Position numbers and translations under genes: made by a program. From Geopsychrobacteraceae bacterium (lineage in GTDB: Bacteria > Desulfobacterota > Desulfuromonadia > Desulfuromonadales > Geopsychrobacteraceae): DNA of 64,000 nucleotides. The notes beneath the pieces were generated by a model, which had not been told where the DNA came from, did not search any database, and saw only the letters and a list, made by a program, of their open reading frames with translations. The DNA lies in assembly GCA_963676795.2 (NCBI GenBank), contig CAXXTB010000001.1, positions 192,001 through 256,000 on the forward strand, read 5' to 3'. Shown in pieces: positions 9,971 through 19,302 of the stretch. Numbering within the stretch: the first letter of the stretch is position 1; each line of letters starts with the position of its first letter.

Positions 9971-11377
9971 TCATTCTTTACCGCTCAAAGAGGCTGACAA
10001 CTGGGACATCGCATGGTTCAGTGCCGCCTTCATCACCTCTTCGAGGGACGGATGATAGACCGGCATCTGCAGGATCTCCTCAACCGTCAGCCCGTGTTCG
10101 ATAGCCAGCACCAGGGTATGGGCCATATGTTCGGCACCCCGGCCGAAGATCTCGGCCCCGAGCAAGAGCCCGGAATCTTTATCGGCGTAGATCTGGATCA
10201 GACCGCGACCGTCATGGTAAATCTCATGGCGCGGTCCGCTCCCCATCCGTGCCCGGCCGATCACCAGCCTGTCCTCGTCAAGGGTTTTGAAATCGGCGCC
10301 GACCGAGGCCATCTGCGGATCGGTGTAGTAGATACCGAGCGCCGGGGTTCTCTTCCCCTCTCTGCGCTGCGGGTAGCAAATGGCACTGTCCGCAGCGATA
10401 CGCCCTTCAATGTAGGCCTCATGCCAGAGCGGCAGATCCTCCGCTGCGTCACCGGCAATGAAAATACGGCTACCACCACACTGCATGGTCAGCGGATCGT
10501 AAACTGGCAGACCACGTTGATCGAGCTTGAGCCCTGCGTTTTCCAGGTTCATGCTGCGCAGATTGGAGCTTCTGCCACTGGCGACCAGAACCCGTTCATA
10601 GCTGCGGACAATCTCTTCGCCCTCAGCGGTGCGATAGGTCAGCTCGAAGCCCTCCGCAACCTTTCTGGCGGCGGTGAAGTTGCCGCGCGGGACGATGTCG
10701 AGTTCCTCCTGCAGGGTCTGCATCACCTCCTGCTGCATACGGGGATGGCTGAAGGATCCTATCCTGCCGCTGTGCCCGTAGAGGGTGGTCTTCACCCCCA
10801 GGCGCTGGAACGACTGTCCCAGCTCCAGGGCGATGACGCCGAGACCGACCACGGCCAGCGACTGCGGCAGATCGTCCAGCTCAAAGATCGTGTCGCTGGT
10901 ATCGAGTTCATCCCGCAGCGGTTCGAAAACCGGCGGCAGGTAGGGGGTGGAACCACAGGCGAGGATGATTTTGTTTGCCCTGACACGCAGCTTGCCAGCG
11001 ACCTCGATGGTCTGCCCGTCGACAAAGGTCGCTTTCCCTTCAAGCTTGAACTTATCCGGAATACTTTTGACGTACTTGAGCACCCCACCGACAAAGGTCT
11101 GGGCCCGGTCCTGCCTGAGCCGTTCAAAAACCCGCGGCCCGTTGACCCGGTACTGGCCGTCAATGCCGAAGTAGCTGCCGTGATCGATGGCATGGGCCAG
11201 CTCCGCCGCGGCGATCAGCATCTTACTCGGCATGCAGCCGACCCGCGCACAGGTGGTTCCGTAGGGCCCGTGCTGAATCAGCAGCAGACTGTCGGTCACT
11301 TTGCGTATCCGGCTGAACGCCCCCAGCCCTGCCGTACCAACCCCGACAATCGCGTATTCAACTTCTCGAATTTCCAA
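9971..11377 (-). CDS. Dihydrolipoyl dehydrogenase-like flavoprotein disulfide oxidoreductase
   Basis: GVGTAG FAD motif, GTTCARVGCMPSK redox disulfide, GxGxxA NAD motif, C-terminal HPSLEE. TTG start. Confidence 0.88.
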   Translation of the reverse strand: MEIREVEYAIVGVGTAGLGAFSRIRKVTDSLLLIQHGPYGTTCARVGCMPSKMLIAAAELAHAIDHGSYFGIDGQYRVNGPRVFERLRQDRAQTFVGGVLKYVKSIPDKFKLEGKATFVDGQTIEVAGKLRVRANKIILACGSTPYLPPVFEPLRDELDTSDTIFELDDLPQSLAVVGLGVIALELGQSFQRLGVKTTLYGHSGRIGSFSHPRMQQEVMQTLQEELDIVPRGNFTAARKVAEGFELTYRTAEGEEIVRSYERVLVASGRSSNLRSMNLENAGLKLDQRGLPVYDPLTMQCGGSRIFIAGDAAEDLPLWHEAYIEGRIAADSAICYPQRREGKRTPALGIYYTDPQMASVGADFKTLDEDRLVIGRARMGSGPRHEIYHDGRGLIQIYADKDSGLLLGAEIFGRGAEHMAHTLVLAIEHGLTVEEILQMPVYHPSLEEVMKAALNHAMSQLSASLSGKE

Positions 11378-11423
11378 GAGATTCTCCTCAATTCACGGCT
11401 AACAACTTTGAAAAACAAACAGT

Positions 11424-12365
11424 CTACAATTCTGCGACAATTCGCCCCATATCTGACGTATCGTAACCGCCGATCTGGGAAAATTCTGTTCGAAACGCTT
11501 CCGATTGAATGATCTTCAGCATGGTCTGCATCTCATGGCTGGCGAAATCTTCTTTCCTGATAACCAGATCGTAACGCTCCTTTTTGAGCGGAATGAAGTC
11601 TATGTTATCCACCTGCCTGGCTATCTTTTCGCTGCCGACAGCAACGTCTGCGGCACCACTGCTGACAGCACTGGCAACCGCCAGATGTGACTGGCTCTCT
11701 TTATTATAGCCCTTGATACGACTGCCAAAAATACCCAGCTGCCTTAAATTTTCGTCAAGCAAAACCCTGGAACCGGCCCCGTGTTCACGATTGATCATGG
11801 TGATGTCGTCCCGCCCGAAATCCTCCCAACCGGAAATCTCTTTCGGGTTCCCCTTGGCAACATAGAGCCCCTGGATGCGACAGGTCAGATGGATAACAAC
11901 CGTCGGAATTCCCGGCAGCAGACGTCTGACATAGGGGATGTTGTAACTGTCGCTGTCGCTATCCCAGAGATGCACAGAGGCTACATCGATCTTGTTTTTA
12001 TAGAGCGAGACCAGACTGTCGTAGCTGCCGATATAGGCCCTTAGGGCGGGGATATCATGAAGCCGCAGATAGTTGGAAAGAATATCCAGAATCAGATCCT
12101 GGCCACAGATGATGAAGCCGCCGCTTCTGCTGTCAGCTCCCGGCAGACTGAATACGCCGGCCGGTTCAACGGCTTTGCCGGATGCGCTCTGCCCATTTCT
12201 GGAGCGATTGATGTAATTCTGCACATCCTCTTCGCGGAAGCGAACCTTGCGCCCGACCGTATAGGAGTTGATCTCTCCTTTTTTGATCAGATTATAGATC
12301 ATACTCTTGCTGACGTTCAGCAGGTCGGCCACGTCCTGAACCGACAATGCGGTTTCCTTCTCCAT
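11424..12365 (-). CDS. Excisionase-like HTH + periplasmic-binding-protein-like (molybdate-binding-type) transcriptional regulator
   Basis: N-terminal LSVQDVADLL...VGRKVRF HTH. C-terminal GSYDSL, INREHGAGSR, ERYDL and GGYD of the PBP-like domain. Confidence 0.85.
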   Translation of the reverse strand: MEKETALSVQDVADLLNVSKSMIYNLIKKGEINSYTVGRKVRFREEDVQNYINRSRNGQSASGKAVEPAGVFSLPGADSRSGGFIICGQDLILDILSNYLRLHDIPALRAYIGSYDSLVSLYKNKIDVASVHLWDSDSDSYNIPYVRRLLPGIPTVVIHLTCRIQGLYVAKGNPKEISGWEDFGRDDITMINREHGAGSRVLLDENLRQLGIFGSRIKGYNKESQSHLAVASAVSSGAADVAVGSEKIARQVDNIDFIPLKKERYDLVIRKEDFASHEMQTMLKIIQSEAFRTEFSQIGGYDTSDMGRIVAEL

Positions 12366-12400
12366 AATCCTTCTCAATCCCTCACCTGACTTTACCGTTG

Positions 12401-12518
12401 ACGAAAAGAAACGAAAATGAATATATAACAGTAAATTCTTTATTTTTCAAGCAGTTAACGTTCAATTTAATCTCGTTTCACACACAAGAAAAGCAAAAAG
12501 AACGAAACAAAACGAAAT
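12401..12518. promoter_or_regulatory. Candidate operators: 10-bp-period ACGAAA direct repeats
   Basis: ACGAAAAGAA-ACGAAAATGA (12401-12420, overlapping TTGACG 12398-12403) and AACGAAACAA-AACGAAATTG (12501-12520), between divergent genes. Confidence 0.55.
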
Positions 12519-12545
12519 TGCACAAACCAGTCAAGGCGAAATACG

Positions 12546-13610
12546 ATGAATGAGCTGATATTTTTCGTTGTCACCCTGTGCGTCGGCAGCTTTGTCGGGC
12601 TGCTGGCCGTGCGCATCAGTATCCCGGCCGGTCTGATGATCGGCTCACTTGTCGGTGTTGCCTGTTTCAATATCTTAAGTGAGCGGGCCTTTATGCCGCA
12701 CCAGACAACCTTTGTTGTCCAGGTTGTTGCCGGAGCCTTCATCGGCTGCTCGATGGAAAAGAGCGACATCAGACGCCTGCCGCAGATCATCAAGCCGACC
12801 CTGCTGATGATGGGAGCATTACTGGTCCTGAACCTGGGCGCCGGTTTTCTGATCTACAGCTTAAGCCCTCTTGATCTGGTCACGTCGCTGATGTCTGCCG
12901 TTCCTGGCGGCATCAATGACACACCGATCATTGCTGAAATTATGGGTGCTGACGGCCCCAAAGTTGCGGTTATGCAGCTGGTCCGCCAGGTTCTCGGCAT
13001 CGGTGTCTTCCCCGCGCTGATCGGCATTCACGCCCGCTACCGCAAAAGCGGTGAGGATTTCGGAACCAGGGCGGCCTTTCACGGCAAACGCCAGAAATCG
13101 GCCACTAAGTCGTACACGGCCTTTGCGACCACGCTTCTGGTCGCCTGCCTGTTCGGTGTCCTCGGCAAGCTGTCAGGGATTACAGCCGCCACCTTCGTCT
13201 TTTCCATCATCGCTGTTCTGATGTTAAAGCTGGTTTTCGATTTTGCCTACATCCCCAAGCAGATCAAGAAGTGGGCACAGGTCTTAAGCGGCAGCTATCT
13301 TGGCAGTACAATCCTCATGGACGACGTTCTGACCCTGAGTCACCTGCCGGTGCCGCTGCTGATCATTGTCGTTGGCTACGCGGCGAATTGTTATTTTACC
13401 GGCAAGATCATCAGCAGGGCGTGCGGCTTTTCCCGGAAGGAAGGGATGCTCATCACCACCCCGGCCGGAGCGTCAGATATGGCCCTGATCTCCTCCGATC
13501 TGGGCGTGGATAACACCGATATCATCATCCTCCAGGTTCTGCGAGCGGTCATTGTCATGTCGCTCTTTCCACAGTTGGTCAATCTCATACTGTACCTTGC
13601 TCAAGGATAA
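12546..13610 (+). CDS. AbrB-family duplicated membrane protein (E. coli AbrB/AmoA-like, putative transporter)
   Basis: Two homologous halves (IPAGLMIG..PGG..MQLVR and ..PAGA..LQVLR), about 10 TM helices. Confidence 0.8.
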   Translation: MNELIFFVVTLCVGSFVGLLAVRISIPAGLMIGSLVGVACFNILSERAFMPHQTTFVVQVVAGAFIGCSMEKSDIRRLPQIIKPTLLMMGALLVLNLGAGFLIYSLSPLDLVTSLMSAVPGGINDTPIIAEIMGADGPKVAVMQLVRQVLGIGVFPALIGIHARYRKSGEDFGTRAAFHGKRQKSATKSYTAFATTLLVACLFGVLGKLSGITAATFVFSIIAVLMLKLVFDFAYIPKQIKKWAQVLSGSYLGSTILMDDVLTLSHLPVPLLIIVVGYAANCYFTGKIISRACGFSRKEGMLITTPAGASDMALISSDLGVDNTDIIILQVLRAVIVMSLFPQLVNLILYLAQG

Positions 13611-13626
13611 AAAGGAGTTTCGTATC

Positions 13627-14646
13627 ATGTCCGTCAAAATTGCAATCAACGGCTTTGGCCGCATCGGCCGCATGGCCTTCAGGCAGCTGTTTGAGATGGA
13701 AGGATTTGAAGTTGTCGCCGTCAACGATCTGGCCTCGGTTGGCATGCTGACCTATCTGCTGAAATACGATTCGGCCCAGCCCAGCTATCCCCATAGCGCA
13801 GCGGTGACCCACAACCAACAATCGATCTGCATCAACGGCAGAGAGATCGCCGTTTACAACGAAAGCGATGCTGAACAGCTCCCATGGCGGAAACTTGGGG
13901 TCGATATCGTCCTTGAGTGTTCCGGGGCCTACCTCTCCAAGGTCAAGGGGATGGCACACATTACCGCCGGAGCGCAGAAGGTTGTCTTTTCGGCACCGGC
14001 TGGCAGCGATATTCCGACCATCGTCTACGGCATCAACGAACAGATTCTTAGTGCAGACGATAATTTTATTTCAGCAGCATCCTGTTCAACCAACGCCCTG
14101 GCTCCCATGGTCAAGGCGCTGCATGATACGACCCCGATCCTAAGCGGCATCATGACGGTTGTTCACGGCTATACCGCCTCGCAGATGCTGGTCGACAGCC
14201 CGCAGAAAGGCGGCAGTCTCAGGCGTTCAAGAGCAGCAGCATCAAACATCATTCCTGCGACCGCAGGTGCAGCCAAGGCGGTCGCCCAGGTGATCCCGGA
14301 ACTGGCGGGCAAGCTCACTGGCTCAGCAATCCGGGTCCCCGTTCCCTGCGGTTGCCTGATTACCCTGACCGCCGTTGTCGCTGGCAATGACGTGACTGAA
14401 ACCAGGATCAACGAAGTCATGCAATTAGCCTCCTCTGACATTTTTGGCTACAGTGAAGAAGAATATGTCTCCAGCGACATCATCGGCATGACCTACGCCT
14501 CACTCTTTGATGCCACCCAAACAATCGTCTGCCCGATCCGCGACAACCTTTATGAAGTGCGGGTTGCCGCCTGGTTTGACAATGAAAACTCCTTTGCCAG
14601 TCAGATGGTCAAAACGGTCAATCATGTCGCCAGACTTCAACCGTAA
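13627..14646 (+). CDS. gap: Type I glyceraldehyde-3-phosphate dehydrogenase homologue (divergent, Firmicutes-like)
   Basis: INGFGRIGR, VNDL, ASCSTN with catalytic Cys, HGYT, RVP, WFDNE. AAGGAG RBS before ATG 13627. Confidence 0.88.
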   Translation: MSVKIAINGFGRIGRMAFRQLFEMEGFEVVAVNDLASVGMLTYLLKYDSAQPSYPHSAAVTHNQQSICINGREIAVYNESDAEQLPWRKLGVDIVLECSGAYLSKVKGMAHITAGAQKVVFSAPAGSDIPTIVYGINEQILSADDNFISAASCSTNALAPMVKALHDTTPILSGIMTVVHGYTASQMLVDSPQKGGSLRRSRAAASNIIPATAGAAKAVAQVIPELAGKLTGSAIRVPVPCGCLITLTAVVAGNDVTETRINEVMQLASSDIFGYSEEEYVSSDIIGMTYASLFDATQTIVCPIRDNLYEVRVAAWFDNENSFASQMVKTVNHVARLQP

Positions 14647-14721
14647 CCCCAGGGAATTCTGTCCCGCAACACCTGTGCCCAGCAAGCACAGTCCACAGAA
14701 CCACCTGAGACCAAAGGACAG

Positions 14722-15027
14722 TTATTGAGTAGATAATTTTTCTTCGACACTGCGGATCTTGTCTTGCATCGACTGCTGGCGATCCGTTCTGGTCCCCATC
14801 CGGATCGTTGTTGTAATCCGCGGTGCTCCAGCCTCATGGATTTTCTCATGACATGCCTTGATCGCCGCAAACACTTCATCATAGTCACCTTCAACATTGG
14901 TTCCATAGGCATGCAGATTGTATTTCAGCCCTGCCTCCTTGAGGACATTCTGACAGAGCGCCACATATTTCGAGACAGAAACGCCAACTCCCATAGGAAT
15001 GACGCAGAGATCGACAATGACATCCAT
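14722..15027 (-). CDS. MTH1187/YkoF-like (UPF0045) thiamine-binding-family protein
   Basis: SVSKYVA...LHAYGTNVEG...GAPRITT...GTRTD...KIRSV signature. Confidence 0.88.
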   Translation of the reverse strand: MDVIVDLCVIPMGVGVSVSKYVALCQNVLKEAGLKYNLHAYGTNVEGDYDEVFAAIKACHEKIHEAGAPRITTTIRMGTRTDRQQSMQDKIRSVEEKLSTQ

Positions 15028-15274
15028 TTTTATTTTCCTTCCTCAACCTGACTGGGCTGCAGTTACGAATTGAATTCAGGGGCAAACACTGTGATCCATT
15101 CTAACCGAAGTCGTGTCAACGGACAAAAGATCGATCAGACAAAACGTTTCTTTTCATCAACCGAATTAATTTTTGTCCCGAATCATCCGGAAAAGCCTGT
15201 ATCCAGATCAATTTTATTGTAGATTATATATTCGAGTTACAACTTTGCCACATTATCAGACGAAAGGACGTTGA

Positions 15275-16333
15275 ATGAACAATTGGGGAGATGGCTCTTC
15301 CGGAGACGATCTGGAACGCAAGGTGGTTGAAATCACCAACAATTTCAAACGAAAATTCGCAGCCGGCAGAAGCGGTGGTGGCAAGGGAGGCAAGTCGCCT
15401 TTCTTCATTTTTCCCGTGATTGCAATTATTGTTATTATCTTCGGTCTGTATACCTGTTTCTACGAAGTCGATACCGAAGAGACCGGCGTCATCCTGCGCT
15501 TCGGCAAGTTTGCCGCCTATGCCGATCCTGGCCTGCACCTGAAAATGCCGTTCGGCATCGATCAGGTCTACCTGGTTCCGACCGGCCGGGTTCTGAAAGA
15601 AGAATTCGGCTACCGGACCGTCACCCCCGACGTCCGTACGGTTTACAACAAAAAGGGCCTCGAAGAGGAATCGCTGACCCTGACCGGCGACCTGAACGTC
15701 AGTGATGTTGAATGGATCGTCCAGTTCCAGATCGCTGACCCGTTCAAATATGTCTTCCGCATCAAGGATCCGATCGGCACAATCCGCGATATTACCGAAG
15801 CGATGGTGCGTAAAGCGATCGGCAACGCCAATGTCTCTCAGGTTCTGACCACAGAGCGTGCCGCGCTGGCATCACAGATCGAACTGGAACTACAAAATGC
15901 ACTGAACAGCTATGACATCGGCGTGCGGATCGTCACCGTCAAGTTCCAGGACGTCAACCCGCCGGACCCAGTCAAAGCGGCGTTCAACGAGGTCAACGAA
16001 GCGGAACAGCAGAAGGAAAGCTTGATTTTCCAGGCCCGAGAACAGTTTAACCGTGAGGTCCCCAAAGCGCGCGGACAGGCCAAAAGTACCCTTCAGGAAG
16101 CCGAAGGCTACGCCGTCGAACGGATCAACAAGGCACGCGGGGAAACCGATCGCTTCAACGCCCTGTTGACCGAATATCGCAAGGCCCCGGAGGTGACCCG
16201 CAAGCGGATCTATATCGAAACCATGGAAGAGGTTCTGCCGGCACTCAAAGAAACCTACATCATGGATGAAAAGAACAGCGGATTATTGCCGCTTCTGCAA
16301 CTTGGAGACACTGCGAAAGGAGCGACGAAATGA
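15275..16333 (+). CDS. hflK: FtsH protease modulator HflK
   Basis: SPFH domain (GVILRFGK, PGLHLK, LTGDLN, PPDPVKAAF, VPKARG); paired with hflC. Confidence 0.92.
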   Translation: MNNWGDGSSGDDLERKVVEITNNFKRKFAAGRSGGGKGGKSPFFIFPVIAIIVIIFGLYTCFYEVDTEETGVILRFGKFAAYADPGLHLKMPFGIDQVYLVPTGRVLKEEFGYRTVTPDVRTVYNKKGLEEESLTLTGDLNVSDVEWIVQFQIADPFKYVFRIKDPIGTIRDITEAMVRKAIGNANVSQVLTTERAALASQIELELQNALNSYDIGVRIVTVKFQDVNPPDPVKAAFNEVNEAEQQKESLIFQAREQFNREVPKARGQAKSTLQEAEGYAVERINKARGETDRFNALLTEYRKAPEVTRKRIYIETMEEVLPALKETYIMDEKNSGLLPLLQLGDTAKGATK

Positions 16334-17253
16334 AAAAGGGAATCCTGCTTATAGTTGTCATTGTCGCCGTCCTGCTCGCCCAGAATGCCCTGTATGTCGT
16401 CAATGAAGCCGAACAGGCGATTGTCACCCAGTTCGGAAAGCCGGTCGGCGACATCATTCCACCGGGAATTCACCTCAAAACGCCATTTTTGCAAGACGTC
16501 AATCGCTTTGAAGACCGAATCCTGAAATGGGATGGCGATCCGAACCAGATCCCGACCAAGGATAAACGCTTTATCTGGATCGACACCACTGCCCGCTGGA
16601 AGATTACCGATCCGCTGCAATTCTTCAAGACCGTAGCAACCGAACGGGGTGCCCAGAGCCGCCTGGACGATATCATCGATTCGGTTGTTCGCGATGCGGT
16701 CTCAGGCCACCTGTTGGTCGAACTGGTCCGCGGTATCGACTATCAGCCAGAAGGCTCTGAAGAATTCGAGGTTGAAGGGGTCGTCGTGAAACCGGAGGAG
16801 ATGCTCGGCCGCGAACAGATCCTCAACAACATCCTGCAAAAGGCCAGCGCCAGCACCCCCGAATACGGTATCGAGCTGATCGATGTCCAGATCAAGCGGA
16901 TCAATTACGTCGAACAGGTCCGCACCCGGGTCTATGAGCGGATGATCAATGAACGGAAGAAGGTCGCCGCACAGTACCGTTCCGAAGGGGAAGGGGAGAA
17001 AGCCGAGATTCTCGGTCAGATGCAGCGCGAGTTGAAAACCATCACCTCGGAAGCCTACCGTAAGGCCCTGGAGGTCCGTGGTGCGGCCGATGCTGAGGCT
17101 GCGGCCATCTACGCCAACGCCTACAATCAGGATAAGGATTTCTACAATTTCCTGCGCACCCTCGAATCCTACAAAAAAACCATCAGTGGAAACGGCAAAA
17201 TGATCATCTCAACCGATTCCGATTACTACCGATACCTGAAAAAAGCGAAGTGA
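16330..17253 (+). CDS. hflC: FtsH protease modulator HflC
   Basis: AIVTQFGKP, TKDKR, VYERM, DFYNFLRTLESY. ATGA overlap with hflK. Confidence 0.92.
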   Translation: MKKGILLIVVIVAVLLAQNALYVVNEAEQAIVTQFGKPVGDIIPPGIHLKTPFLQDVNRFEDRILKWDGDPNQIPTKDKRFIWIDTTARWKITDPLQFFKTVATERGAQSRLDDIIDSVVRDAVSGHLLVELVRGIDYQPEGSEEFEVEGVVVKPEEMLGREQILNNILQKASASTPEYGIELIDVQIKRINYVEQVRTRVYERMINERKKVAAQYRSEGEGEKAEILGQMQRELKTITSEAYRKALEVRGAADAEAAAIYANAYNQDKDFYNFLRTLESYKKTISGNGKMIISTDSDYYRYLKKAK

Positions 17254-17259
17254 TCATTC

Positions 17260-17292
17260 AGGGCCCTTGCTCAGGCAAGGGCCCTTTTTTTT
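17260..17292 (+). terminator. Intrinsic terminator of hflKC
   Basis: AGGGCCCTTGC-TCAG-GCAAGGGCCCT followed by a T run; overlaps the 3' end of the convergent gene. Confidence 0.85.
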
Positions 17293-17552
17293 AGCCAGGC
17301 AAGCCAGTTGACAGCCCCGAAGACTGTCGATTCTGAGTCCTTTTCAAACAACTGGATCCGGACCTCAGTCAGTGCCGTCACAACAACCCGCTTGCGAACC
17401 GGCAGGTCATACTGCTGACCAGGACGCAAAATCAGATCACGACTGTACCCAGCAACAGTCAGCCAACAGCGTCCCGCTTCACAGCGCAGGACCTGTCCAA
17501 CCTTACTCCGTTCCGGCTCAAACAGTTCTCCTGCCTCAAGCAACAGTTTCAT
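17271..17552 (-). CDS. DUF2917-like small cupin-fold protein
   Basis: LRCEAGRCWLT..G..DLIL.PG motif. Divergent from a MocR regulator; AGAGGAG RBS. Confidence 0.75.
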   Translation of the reverse strand: MKLLLEAGELFEPERSKVGQVLRCEAGRCWLTVAGYSRDLILRPGQQYDLPVRKRVVVTALTEVRIQLFEKDSESTVFGAVNWLAWLKKRALA

Positions 17553-17607
17553 CGGTATCTCCTCTAAAAAACCATGCTCTATTCAAACCTGAAACAAAAT
17601 ATTCCAC

Positions 17608-17691
17608 CAGATACAACCGTAAATTATTGTAACCATCACAGTTAAGTCTATGGATAACTGTACCCACAAACCTTATACTCAACTGTATCTG
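17608..17691. promoter_or_regulatory. Candidate MocR operator array
   Basis: CAGATACA (17608-15) / TGTATCTG (17684-91) inverted pair and ACAGTT (17638-43) / AACTGT (17656-61) inverted pair. AACTGTA is directly repeated at 17656 and 17681. Confidence 0.6.
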
Positions 17692-17747
17692 TCTTATCAC
17701 GAGGTCAGCTGATAAATTGGTCTTCATCTGAAAAAGACCGAAAAAAC

Positions 17748-17810
17748 ACCCCCCTGCTCGCAAGCTCGCTGCCCCTCTATTTTATAGGGGAAATTGAGGG
17801 GGGGGGGGGT
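17748..17810 (-). repeat. Repeat family A, copy 2 (degenerate, with G12 tract)
   Basis: ACCCCCCTGCTCGCAAGCTCGC...TATTTTATAGGGG..TTGAGGGGGGGGGGGGT. Confidence 0.85.
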
Positions 17811-17835
17811 GAAATTTGAACAGGGGAGTCATTCC

Positions 17836-19302
17836 ATGGCCCAGCCACTACAGATCAAAAATCAGACTTCGTCACTCTATGAGCAGGTTGCTGAGCGCAT
17901 CACCTACCTGATCGACCGTGGCACCCTGCGCCCCGGAGAGCGAGTGCCGTCGATCCGCCGCCTCAGCCAGCAACTGCAGGTCAGTATTAACACGGTCAAG
18001 GAGGCCTATGTACTGCTCGAAGACCGTCAGCTGATCGAAGCCAAGCCGCAGTCCGGTTTTTACGTTCGCCCCAAACTTACAGAACTCCCCTCGGAACCGG
18101 CTGCGCCTCTGACTGTCGCCGAACCGGCCGAGGTCAACCTGTCGAATGTCTATGCCATGGTCATGCGCGATCTTCTCAACCCCGGGTTGCTGCAACTGGG
18201 TATCGCCACCCCAAACCTTGACGAGTTGCCGGTCAGTAAGCTGAACCGAATGCTGGCCAAAGAGACCCGCCGTCAGCCCAGCCAGGCGGTCTGCTACGAA
18301 CTGCCGCCGGGCAATTTGAGACTGCGCCAACAGATCGCCCAGCGGATGCTGCGCTCCGGCTGTACCTTAAGCCCGGACCAACTGGTTATTACCTCCGGCT
18401 GTGTCGAAGCGGTGGCCCTGTCCTTGCGGGCGGTCTGCAAAGCTGGTGATACCATTGCCATAGAGACTCCCTTTTATTTCAATTTTCTTCAGCTGATCGA
18501 GGAAATGGGGCTCAAGGCGCTCGAAATTCCGGCATCGCCAAAAGGCGGGATCAGCCTTGAAGCACTCGATTACGCGTTGGAAAGACATCAGGAGCAGGTC
18601 AAGGCCTGCCTGGTGATCAGCAACTTCAACAATCCACTGGGAAGCATGATGGAGGATGAAGACAAGGTGAAGCTGGTTGGCCTGCTTGAACGTTTTCAGA
18701 TTCCGCTGATTGAAGATGATATCTACGGCGATCTGGCCTATTCGGCGCGCAGACCGAAAGTCGCCAAGGCCTTTGACAAGACCGGAAACGTCCTGCTCTG
18801 CTCTTCATTCAGCAAAACCCTGGCCCCCGGTTACCGGATCGGTTGGGTCGCGGCGGGACGCTATCAGGATCAGATCGAACGGGGGAAAATGATCTCCGGT
18901 GTCGCCACCGCAAGTCCGACCCAGCAAGCGATCGCGGAGTTCCTCGCCTCCGGCGGTTACGACCATCATTTACGTAGCCTGACACGTAGCTATGCGAAAA
19001 ATATCGCCTGTATGACAGCCGCGATCAGCGCCTTCTTCCCGCAGGGCACCAGGGTCTCCCGCCCTCAAGGTGGGCATGTCCTGTGGATCGAGATGCCGGA
19101 AGCGGTGGATGCTCTGGAACTCTACCGGCTGGCCAAACAGCAGGGAATCAGCATCGCTCCCGGGCACCTGTTCTCGCTGACCGGAAAATTCACCAACTGT
19201 ATCCGTCTCAATGGCGCTTACTGGAATGACACCATCGATACAGCGATAAGAACTCTGGGTGATCTGGCCCGGCAGTTGCGGGAAAATGAACATCATGACT
19301 AA
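17836..19302 (+). CDS. MocR/GntR-family regulator with PLP aminotransferase domain
   Basis: N-terminal LYEQVA..PSIRRL..VSINTV wHTH; IEDDIY and SSFSKTLAPGYRIGW (PLP Lys). Start moved to ATG 17836 after GGGGAG. Confidence 0.92.
   Translation: MAQPLQIKNQTSSLYEQVAERITYLIDRGTLRPGERVPSIRRLSQQLQVSINTVKEAYVLLEDRQLIEAKPQSGFYVRPKLTELPSEPAAPLTVAEPAEVNLSNVYAMVMRDLLNPGLLQLGIATPNLDELPVSKLNRMLAKETRRQPSQAVCYELPPGNLRLRQQIAQRMLRSGCTLSPDQLVITSGCVEAVALSLRAVCKAGDTIAIETPFYFNFLQLIEEMGLKALEIPASPKGGISLEALDYALERHQEQVKACLVISNFNNPLGSMMEDEDKVKLVGLLERFQIPLIEDDIYGDLAYSARRPKVAKAFDKTGNVLLCSSFSKTLAPGYRIGWVAAGRYQDQIERGKMISGVATASPTQQAIAEFLASGGYDHHLRSLTRSYAKNIACMTAAISAFFPQGTRVSRPQGGHVLWIEMPEAVDALELYRLAKQQGISIAPGHLFSLTGKFTNCIRLNGAYWNDTIDTAIRTLGDLARQLRENEHHD

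Noticed and set aside
10013..11512. 499-aa + strand ORF
   Set aside because: Antisense shadow of the flavoprotein reductase, which has all the family motifs.
15028..15274. TPP riboswitch upstream of the thiamine-binding-family gene
   Set aside because: No CUGAGA or ACCUGA core seen on the coding strand.
17794..17835. MRGGGV N-terminal extension of MocR
   Set aside because: It derives from the repeat's G tract; the RBS supports ATG 17836.
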